From an uncultured Verrucomicrobiae bacterium (GTDB lineage: Bacteria; Verrucomicrobiota; Verrucomicrobiia; Limisphaerales; UBA8199), in NCBI GenBank assembly GCA_963822005.1, contig CAWGGD010000044.1, positions 13,305 to 77,304 on the forward strand: a stretch of 64,000 nucleotides of DNA. The letters run 5' to 3'. The notes below the pieces were generated by a model that was given only the letters and a program-made list of their open reading frames with translations, was not told the DNA's origin and did not search any database. The position numbers were made by a program, and so were the translations under genes. Of this stretch, positions 56,645 through 64,000 are shown piece by piece. Every line of letters starts with the position of its first letter. Positions within the stretch are counted from its first letter, which is position 1.

Positions 56645-57298
56645 TCAGACTTTCCGTTTGGCCCACGGCGGTCCCCAGGTGATCTCGTTTGGATGTCCCC
56701 AGGCATCCTCCCAGCCTAACTTTCCCTCAACAAGTTGGATTATCCTGTCCGCATCTAATCTGTCAACGTGCAGAAAGGGTTGCTTGTGCCCACTTGCCTC
56801 CAAGTGCCCCAACATTTTCTTAGACCGGCTGTCTCTAGTAAAGAAGCTGAAGCCCCAGTCTATGACTGTGAATCCCTTCCTGGCGTCATAAAACACGTTC
56901 CAAGGGCGAAGATCACCGTGGACCAATCCAACCTGCTCAAGCGAGCCCACAAACGAGTCCAAAGCGCTCCGAATGGCTTCAGGATCCGGCAGACCATCAT
57001 CAATGTGCCACAACAGCGTCCCGGGAGCGCGCTCCACAATGAAAACCCTCTCCTCAATAATGTCCACAATCTTCGCAACCCCGCGTAATCTGTCTTGAAT
57101 GCGCTGTATTCGCAAGAAGTGCTGAGCGTCTTCGTGAGAAGGTAGGCAGACAAAGCCAACCTGCCCGTACTTCTTGGCGGTGAGAACTTTGGCTAGATGG
57201 GTACTGCCACGATAGCTTGCCCTGATTTCCGCCTCGCATTTGTACCCGTGGAAGGCTAAATAGCATTCGTCGTACAGTAGGTCTCTCATGATTATCAT
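56645..57298 (-). CDS. Minimal protein-kinase-like protein
   Basis: HGDLRPWN catalytic loop; VIDWGFS metal-binding loop; IVERAPG hinge. Confidence 0.75.
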   Translation of the reverse strand: MIIMRDLLYDECYLAFHGYKCEAEIRASYRGSTHLAKVLTAKKYGQVGFVCLPSHEDAQHFLRIQRIQDRLRGVAKIVDIIEERVFIVERAPGTLLWHIDDGLPDPEAIRSALDSFVGSLEQVGLVHGDLRPWNVFYDARKGFTVIDWGFSFFTRDSRSKKMLGHLEASGHKQPFLHVDRLDADRIIQLVEGKLGWEDAWGHPNEITWGPPWAKRKV

Positions 57299-57305
57299 TG
57301 TCAGT

Positions 57306-58595
57306 TCACTGACTCCCTCCGAAGTGCTGGTCGGGCCGCTGGACGAGACGCGCCTGGCCAGTGTCATAGTGAAGTTTCCTCAAATGTTGGAGAGGCCGGA
57401 TATCCAGAACGCTGATGAAGTTCCCAGAGCAATTCAAGTCTTGCAGGCGAGGCACGCCGGTCAGGTCCAGTTCAGCGATCGCGTTCCGTTGGCACGCCAG
57501 CTCCGTCAGGTTGGGGACGCCCGACACGCGCAGCCTGGATAATCTGTTGTCAGAACAATCCAGATAAGCCAAGCGCGGTAGTCTACTAAGGTCCAGATCC
57601 AACAACTCGTTGTGCCAGCACACAAGTGAGACCAGGTTTGGCACGACCGACAAGTCCAACTTCGCTAGCCTGTTGGACAAGCACTGCAAGTGCTCCAAAC
57701 CGGAAGCCTTGCTCAGGTCGAGCCGCGCAAGGTTGTTACAGGAGCAATCGAGGTCCATTAGTTTGGGAGCGCCTGCCAGATCCAGACTCGACAAGCTGTT
57801 GCCTCTGCAGTCCAGTTTTTGCAGGCGCGCTGAGGTGCCCAATTGCAACTTCTCGAGTTTGTTGTCGAGGCAACAGACCGTTTGTACGTTGGGAGCACCT
57901 GACAAGTCCAGTTCACGAATTTGATTGCCATCGCAAGCCAAGGATTCCAAATAGTTAAGTCCTGATAGATTCAAGTGGGATATTCCGTTGCTTGAGCAAT
58001 AAAGGATTCGCAGTTGGCGGAGCTCCGCCAAGTCGAGCTCCGTCAAGCTGTTGGATGAACAATCCAGATAAACCAGATTCGGAGCGCGGGACAGGTCAAG
58101 GCGAGCTGAGCACAGCCTATGACAGTCCAAATGCGTGAGCACGGGCAGGGCAGGACCGAGCGCCGGAATGTTCCCAGACCTCTCAAAATCGGTGTAGAAA
58201 GATAGGTGCGTTGTTCTTAAACCATCGACCCATTCGAGGTTTTCCAGAGGCAGCAAGGGAAAATCCCAATTGATCCCCACCAAACGGCCCCCAGAGAACC
58301 GTGTCTCTTTCCAAGGGTCTCCTGTGAGTCGGTTGCCAGTCCGGAGACGATCTATGACTACCTCCGGCTTCAATTTCAGCGCCTTTGCCCAAATCAAAAT
58401 CTGCCTGTAATCCGGCTCGCACCATTCGTACTCGCCGATTTGGAACTTTGCCGCAGCGGGCATCGTCTGCGTCTTGTCCGCCAGCACGAGGGCATCCGCC
58501 ACAATGCCGGAGAGAATACGCTTCGCGCCCGGGTCCACCTTTTCAAGGGCACTTGGCGGCCTTCGCACCAGCGCGACATTGTCTTCTTCAGTCAC
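57306..58595 (-). CDS. Cytoplasmic leucine-rich repeat protein (paralog B)
   Basis: GTG start VTEEDNVALVRRPPSA aligns with paralog A start; 21-aa LRRs; shared C-terminus VLDIRPL...QRPDQHF. Confidence 0.88.
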   Translation of the reverse strand: MTEEDNVALVRRPPSALEKVDPGAKRILSGIVADALVLADKTQTMPAAAKFQIGEYEWCEPDYRQILIWAKALKLKPEVVIDRLRTGNRLTGDPWKETRFSGGRLVGINWDFPLLPLENLEWVDGLRTTHLSFYTDFERSGNIPALGPALPVLTHLDCHRLCSARLDLSRAPNLVYLDCSSNSLTELDLAELRQLRILYCSSNGISHLNLSGLNYLESLACDGNQIRELDLSGAPNVQTVCCLDNKLEKLQLGTSARLQKLDCRGNSLSSLDLAGAPKLMDLDCSCNNLARLDLSKASGLEHLQCLSNRLAKLDLSVVPNLVSLVCWHNELLDLDLSRLPRLAYLDCSDNRLSRLRVSGVPNLTELACQRNAIAELDLTGVPRLQDLNCSGNFISVLDIRPLQHLRKLHYDTGQARLVQRPDQHFGGSQ

Positions 58596-59010
58596 GGGCG
58601 GCTGCCTGTTTCGGATCGGTTGGGCGGGTGAAAAGTCTCTGACAAAGGGCCTCCTTAAAGTCCTGCAGGGGCACGCGGGAGTCAGCCTGAACACAAGGGT
58701 TGTCGCGCACATGCACGAACTCATTCACCGCATCAGAATTCAAAAGGGCGCCGATGTCCTTCAGGGGGTTGAGGTTCTCTTCAATGGTTTGGAACCCCCA
58801 TCCCGGCTGCCCTGGCCATTTATCGATCACGACCTTGGCCAGGTCCACCGCAAGCTCGGCAGCGGTCATTTGAGCCACCGCATCCTTTCCTGCGTATCGG
58901 TTCCGCGCTATTATGTCATCGATCTCCATTCGCAAAGGCATGCCCGTGAGCATCTTCGAGGTTGCTTCCATTCTAGCCCTGATCCTGGAAGCGACAGTAT
59001 CAACATTCAT
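58588..59010 (-). CDS. Hypothetical protein
   Basis: 140-aa ORF whose stop overlaps the LRR-B start. Confidence 0.55.
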   Translation of the reverse strand: MNVDTVASRIRARMEATSKMLTGMPLRMEIDDIIARNRYAGKDAVAQMTAAELAVDLAKVVIDKWPGQPGWGFQTIEENLNPLKDIGALLNSDAVNEFVHVRDNPCVQADSRVPLQDFKEALCQRLFTRPTDPKQAAARD

Positions 59011-59349
59011 AAATGCGGATTCTTTTCCGTTTCGCGATCTCAGCGTGAGTTTAATCCCGTCTCGCGAAGACCGTAAGCAGAAAAACACCCCGCCGAAGCC
59101 AGAGGGTTTCGGGACCTGCCGGAGTCACCTCCCCCTGACGCGAGCAAGGTCTCTTTCGACTTCGTCCACGCGACTTTGTGTCCTTGCCTTGGGACCAATC
59201 CGACAGCACGCTGCCGCCCCTCGGCAGTCTGCTCAAGGGGTATTCCCCGCCGCGCCGCTTCACCAGAACACACCGGCGAGAAACATCAGAAGAAACATCG
59301 TTTCTACAGCCTCTCCCTGGGCGGCGCCCGGGGCCGCAAGCCACTCCCT

Positions 59350-60066
59350 CTAATTCCGTAGAGTTGACCAGCGAACTTGCTTTTCCCGGTCTGTGAGGTG
59401 CTTTGCAGTTAGGCTGCGAACCTTCCGGAAGTAGTAGTCCGGTGCCGCTGGATGAACGTAAATGCGGTGAATCAAGCGCCGGAGGTTCACAGGAAGGCGG
59501 ATTCTTTTTATCGTGCATTTGTCAGCCTGAAACTGCTCTTCAGGCCGGCAAATGCATAACCGAAGCTCTCGTTCGTCGCTGTAACAGGGAAGCTTTTGAA
59601 ACAGCAGGTAGCCAATTTTATTCGGCATGTAAGGGGTCTGCTCGTACCGGACAGATGCCGGATAAACCTCTGCTGCGAGCGGCCCACTTTCAGGGAGCGC
59701 CAGTAACAGATTCTGGAATGTTGTTCTTATGGCGACGCCCTCTGAATCACCACAAAACCTTCTCCACATGTGGTCAGCTTCAAAGTCAGCGACGCTGAAG
59801 CACGTCACCCAGGACCGTTGTCGTATGCTTTCGTGGAAGGCCCGGAGCGCGACAAGCATTTCTGGGTTGTCCTTATACATTCCTTGCATCGCAGCCAATT
59901 GGGAATCGTTCATTCTGGCTTCCGCCTGGTCAGGGAAGCTCGAGACTTGGCAGAGATACAACTCGCCTGATTGAAGAATATCCTCAAAGTAAGGAGCTTT
60001 GTAGTATTTCCAGACCGTTGCCGGCGGAGGCGGAACCGGAAAATGGTAGCGCTCTTCCTCCAACAT
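59350..60066 (-). CDS. DUF2971-related protein
   Basis: VWKYY, F.DQAE, VTCFS....DHMWRRF, GVAIRT, V.Y, K...YSDERELR. Confidence 0.7.
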   Translation of the reverse strand: MLEEERYHFPVPPPPATVWKYYKAPYFEDILQSGELYLCQVSSFPDQAEARMNDSQLAAMQGMYKDNPEMLVALRAFHESIRQRSWVTCFSVADFEADHMWRRFCGDSEGVAIRTTFQNLLLALPESGPLAAEVYPASVRYEQTPYMPNKIGYLLFQKLPCYSDERELRLCICRPEEQFQADKCTIKRIRLPVNLRRLIHRIYVHPAAPDYYFRKVRSLTAKHLTDREKQVRWSTLRN

Positions 60067-60634
60067 CTTTGCCCGCTCTTCTGGTGAGGCCCGGCCTTCC
60101 GCCTTTGCCGCATCCTCGCTGGCGATCCAAAGAATTCCTGACGTTGGTCGGTTGTTCACCACTTCAGACCCATCGTGCTCCCCCGCCGCAGACGCAAGGC
60201 GATTATTACAGGCGCATGTTATGGGCCTGCAAAGGGAGCGCCTCCTCACTGGACTTGGATTGCAGGAATGGCTCGGACCCGTTCAAGCCCGTTCCGCCTC
60301 GACCCCGACGGGCTTGGCCTCGGCCCCGCCGGACTCGAGGTGCCCCTGCTAAAGGGAATGGTCGGCACAGGCAGCAAATTCCCTTCCTCGCTCTCTTGTT
60401 TTCTAGCGGGCTCTTGGTGGTTCATGGTGACCGCATTCTAGAGCAAGTGTCACTATTGAGACTCTTGGCGCAAAGTGAACGGCAAGCAATGGCATGGCTT
60501 ATGCCACCTATTTGGCTCGGCGCCGGGGCAGGTTCTTGGAGTTCGCGGCCTTGCAACAGAGGCCGGGGCGCTATCGCATACATTCAGCCGTGAGCGACTT
60601 CCAACTTCAAGCTGGGGACCTGCGGATCAACCCA

Positions 60635-61957
60635 TCACGGCGCGCGCACGGCCAGCCGGTAGAACGCGCCGCTCACAGCCGTGGAAACCGCTACGGTTGA
60701 CACATTCACCGGTGAGGTCGCAAGAATCGCTGCCTGCACGACCTGGGTAAAACCATCCTCGGGTCTGGCAGTCTGCCGCACCTCGTAGGTTCGGCCGGAC
60801 ACGCTTCGCCAGCTCAGCACCAGGGCGCTTCTGTCAGCGGTTGGGACGGCGCTGAGGAGCCGAAACACCGAGGACGCATCGGTCGGGTCCGTTCCGGCGG
60901 TCTGCTCCTGGGCGTTGGTCATCCCGTCCAGATCCGAATCGGCCGAGCCGGTCGTGTGCGTGGTGGTGCCCCAATAGCGGAGTTCCCAGTCGTCGGAAAG
61001 CGCATCGCCATCCGTGTCCTCCGCCGGCAGAAACTGGCGGAACCAGAGGATGGCCTCGCCATTCAGGTTGTTGTCGTCGGTCATGAAACACCAGTGGTTC
61101 GTGCCGGTGGTGGGCGCGAGCGCGAACCCTTCGAGGTTGCCCGACCGCGGCCCGACATACTCGATCAGCGGCCGCAGACGCCGCTCGGAGCCCTCGAGGT
61201 AGGAGTTGAGCTCCGTGATCTCCAGGTAGTTGGCGCCGAGGTTGTGCCAGATGTAAAGCTTGCCCGTGGAGCGGTCGAACTCCAGCCCGGAGGTCTCCGC
61301 TCTACCGGTCTTGTACCGGCCCACATACGCGAACGTGTTGTTGGTGCGGTTGAGATCAAACACGTGAACGTAGCCCCCGTCCTGGTGGCCAACAAACATC
61401 AGCCCACCCATCCCATTGCTGCTCACATACGGCAGGCCATTGGTTGCCTGGAACCCCTCCCGCCGAAGCCACTCGTCGGGCACGAACGTCAGCGCCTCCG
61501 GGCCGGTTGTCCCGCCGACTTCCGGGCACTGGACGCGGATGTCCCAGTTCCGGTTCTCCTGGATCACGCCATATTGCGAGACGTTGTACTCGCGAATCCA
61601 CCCGTTCTCGTCCATCAGGTAAACCAGGGGCTGATTGAAGTCCGCCTGGCAAATGCTTTCCAGGTCCCCGCCGGGAGACCACTTGGCCTTGGTGCCGGCG
61701 GCATTGGTCGCCACCCGGAAACTACCGGCCCCGTCCTCGACCAGGGCCCAGAAATGGCCGCTGTTGTTGGCGAGCCAGAGCGTGCGCGTCACCGGGTTCC
61801 ACGCCGCGCCGCTCATGTTGATCGTGTTGAAGTCCGGATCCAGGGTTGTCAGCTTCACCGCCTGGCTGGTCGGCTCCGCGGGCCAGGGACTGGCGGCGTT
61901 CAGCGCGTTCGCCAGCGCGACCGCCGCCCACACCGCCACAAAGACACGTTGGCCCAT
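60635..61957 (-). CDS. Secreted beta-propeller (SdiA-regulated-like) protein with D-rich Ca-binding repeats and FYR C-terminus
   Basis: Signal peptide; SG..W, DLESI, GPEAL, NLEG blades; DTDGDALSDDWE; ends GAFYRLAVRAP. Confidence 0.75.
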   Translation of the reverse strand: MGQRVFVAVWAAVALANALNAASPWPAEPTSQAVKLTTLDPDFNTINMSGAAWNPVTRTLWLANNSGHFWALVEDGAGSFRVATNAAGTKAKWSPGGDLESICQADFNQPLVYLMDENGWIREYNVSQYGVIQENRNWDIRVQCPEVGGTTGPEALTFVPDEWLRREGFQATNGLPYVSSNGMGGLMFVGHQDGGYVHVFDLNRTNNTFAYVGRYKTGRAETSGLEFDRSTGKLYIWHNLGANYLEITELNSYLEGSERRLRPLIEYVGPRSGNLEGFALAPTTGTNHWCFMTDDNNLNGEAILWFRQFLPAEDTDGDALSDDWELRYWGTTTHTTGSADSDLDGMTNAQEQTAGTDPTDASSVFRLLSAVPTADRSALVLSWRSVSGRTYEVRQTARPEDGFTQVVQAAILATSPVNVSTVAVSTAVSGAFYRLAVRAP

Positions 61958-62010
61958 ATCGCATCTTCCCAGCGAACGAGAGGCCCGTCAACTACTCAGG
62001 CTGGTTGGTA

Positions 62011-62559
62011 TTACTTGCCTTCTTGTAAAGGGGCCAATCCGCGCAGTCCCAGAACGAGGTTGGCTGCGACCAGCCCAGCGAACGCGACGGCTCCAGCCGC
62101 CGCCAATCCCTGGAGCGCCCAGCCGCTGAATACGCCCCCAAACTTCGCCGCTGACGGCACCAGTAACAAAGCCGCACACAATCCCAGGACATACCAGCTT
62201 TCGGCCCCCTTGCGGGCCCCGGCGTTGGTGAAGCCCCAGGCTGTGGCTGGGACACGCCAAAGGAAGGTTGCTATGCCATACCCGCAAAGCAGCCCCGTCA
62301 GGACGCGCAAAACCGGCCCGTGCGGGATCCAGTGCAGGCCGAAGGGAGCCGCGATCAGCAGGAACAGGCCATGCAGGGCGACAAAGCGGGCCCCATAACG
62401 CGGCCGCAACGCCCAGTGAAGCGCCAAACAAACACAGCCGCCGACGTAGAGTCCCGCGCAGCGTTGACACAGAGGCAGCAGCCCCTGCCCGAGGTCCCAC
62501 GTATGCTCGGGGTTCTGGCCGCAGACCAGTGAGAAGGCTTGCCAGAGCGTCTGGCGCAT
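62011..62559 (-). CDS. DUF2085-like membrane protein
   Basis: VCGQ...H, LPLCQRCAGLYVG, R..TG...G. Confidence 0.75.
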   Translation of the reverse strand: MRQTLWQAFSLVCGQNPEHTWDLGQGLLPLCQRCAGLYVGGCVCLALHWALRPRYGARFVALHGLFLLIAAPFGLHWIPHGPVLRVLTGLLCGYGIATFLWRVPATAWGFTNAGARKGAESWYVLGLCAALLLVPSAAKFGGVFSGWALQGLAAAGAVAFAGLVAANLVLGLRGLAPLQEGK

Positions 62560-62564
62560 ACGCC

Positions 62565-63743
62565 TCAGTCGTCAAACCTGCCCACGCCCACCGGCAGCGG
62601 GATGGGAATCTTGGTGACCGGACGTTTGTCGCTGGCCAGGTCAACAATGAACAGCGCGCAGTCCTCAGCCCGGAAGCCTTTGTCGAACAGCGCCAGGTAC
62701 GTGGAGCTTACCGCCAGGGCCTTTCCGTCATGCGACAGGCCAAACTGAAAACTAGGCAATGACCGTTCTGCGTCTAATTCGGCCCCACTGATGAGCACGG
62801 TGCGCCGCGGCGGGCGGCCATCCAGCGGGAGTTCAATAATGCCCAGCGAGTGGCCGGTCTTTCCCTCCACTCTGCTCTCATAGGCCACGAAAAGGGATCG
62901 CCCGTCGCGCGAAAATTCCACCTGGCTGAGTTTGAGGGCTTCTTCTTCTGCAACCGGCGCCGGCACAGATTTGGCTGGCTGGCCCTCTTCATAAACCTGA
63001 ACCGCCGGCGCCGCGCTCTTGTCCTGGACCAAGGCCACCTTTCGGCCAACCGGGCTGAAGGCGAAGCCGGCCTCACCCTCCCGCGCGCCCTCGATCGGGA
63101 TGCGCCATTCCTTGGTCATGGTTTCAGGGTTCAGCAGCCCCCAGTCAATCCGATCTTTCTCAACCTCCTCCATAAAGCCAAACCGCCCGGAAACCGGCGA
63201 CGCGAACACCATCAGCGGGTGGCGGTTTGTCTGAACCCAGGTCTCGCCCGTGACCAAGTCCAGCGTCACCAGGTTGGACCCCGAGTTAAAGAAAGCGCGC
63301 GTTCCTGTTATCGCGAGAGGATAACTGACGACGGACGAGGATTCCTTGATCCCAGCCAGATCCAGAAGCCGCACTGGCTCCTGGCCGTCAAGTGAGAGGA
63401 TCGCAAAAGTCAGGGCCGACTCATCGTCCTTGGAGTCCTTGAGCGGCAGCAACGCGACCACCACGTTCTTACCGTCTGGCAGCCACTGCGACCGCATCAG
63501 CACCGGCTGGACCTTGCCTCCCGGTGCGGCGATCGCCTTGGAAACAAACAGGACCTTTGTCTCCCGAGCGGCGCGGTCATACACCGCCACGCCCATCGAG
63601 CGGGTTTTGGGATCGAACGTCGGATACAGTATCTGCTTGTCGTCGGGGCTGAAGGAAGTGCACGCCAGAATGCACACGAAGAGCGCGCCCAGGCCTGTCA
63701 GCGCCAGGAAAGGATCACGGTATTTTGCCAAGTTCATATTCAT
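62565..63743 (-). CDS. TolB/WD40-like beta-propeller protein, membrane-anchored or lipoprotein
   Basis: Hydrophobic N-terminus ending ILAC; FSPDDK, WLPDGK, FSRDGR, SHDGK blades. Confidence 0.65.
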   Translation of the reverse strand: MNMNLAKYRDPFLALTGLGALFVCILACTSFSPDDKQILYPTFDPKTRSMGVAVYDRAARETKVLFVSKAIAAPGGKVQPVLMRSQWLPDGKNVVVALLPLKDSKDDESALTFAILSLDGQEPVRLLDLAGIKESSSVVSYPLAITGTRAFFNSGSNLVTLDLVTGETWVQTNRHPLMVFASPVSGRFGFMEEVEKDRIDWGLLNPETMTKEWRIPIEGAREGEAGFAFSPVGRKVALVQDKSAAPAVQVYEEGQPAKSVPAPVAEEEALKLSQVEFSRDGRSLFVAYESRVEGKTGHSLGIIELPLDGRPPRRTVLISGAELDAERSLPSFQFGLSHDGKALAVSSTYLALFDKGFRAEDCALFIVDLASDKRPVTKIPIPLPVGVGRFDD

Positions 63744-64000
63744 CTCCCGGTTCATTGGTTCCACTGCAACTCTGCGCCAGGCTCGCTTGCGAACCTGGCC
63801 CTCGCGCGCGAGCATAAGCCACGGCCCCGCCCGGTCAAGTAGTCAGAAGTCGCCATTGGCGAGCCATTGTGTCACGCTGCCCACCTGGTGCGTCGGCAAT
63901 CTGGATTCCTGAGTTTCTTAGCCCGCGGTTACGACCACAAGAGTGCGGTCGCGCTGCTGTTGGTGCTCGGGCTCTGCGTCGGCATTGGCATCGTGAACCT

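Noticed and set aside
63880-64000. Start of a plus-strand membrane protein (…VALLLVLGLCVGIGIVN)
   Set aside because: Cut by the window edge; too short to support a call

Overview
A GC-rich bacterial window. It is most likely Verrucomicrobiota subdivision 3 (Pedosphaera/Limisphaera-like), inferred from a PEP-CTERM protein, several secreted proteins ending in an 'F-Y-R' C-terminal domain, and the REP repertoire. Many housekeeping genes carry single-base frameshifts (lutB, lutC, xylB, gcvT, sulfatases), which points to an imperfectly polished long-read assembly rather than mass pseudogenisation. Core content: a permease, lutABC, a GT-C membrane protein, a sigma54 response regulator, an M50 peptidase, xylB, a polysaccharide deacetylase, tRNA-Glu(CTC), a TMTC-like/YfhO-like/methyltransferase cluster beside a PEP-CTERM gene, lipA-grx-gcvH-gcvT, ppx, an acyltransferase, a HAD-glpD-glpT operon and a sulfatase cluster. 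Accessory content: (i) a complete 1492-bp IS1202-family element with a 16-bp target duplication (7857-9348); (ii) an islet with toxin-antitoxin remnants, DUF2971 and a SEL1-repeat protein with a truncated protease (25.4-28.7 kb); (iii) a large BspA-type LRR surface protein bracketed by ~155-bp direct repeats derived from a REP-associated tyrosine transposase (48.2-53.4 kb); (iv) a tightly coupled minus-strand cluster at 53.4-60.1 kb. This last cluster is the best candidate for an undescribed system: DUF2971-like, hypothetical, cytoplasmic LRR, minimal kinase, a second paralogous LRR, and a DEDDh-exonuclease/J-domain fusion. All family assignments are by motif recognition only; no searches were run.
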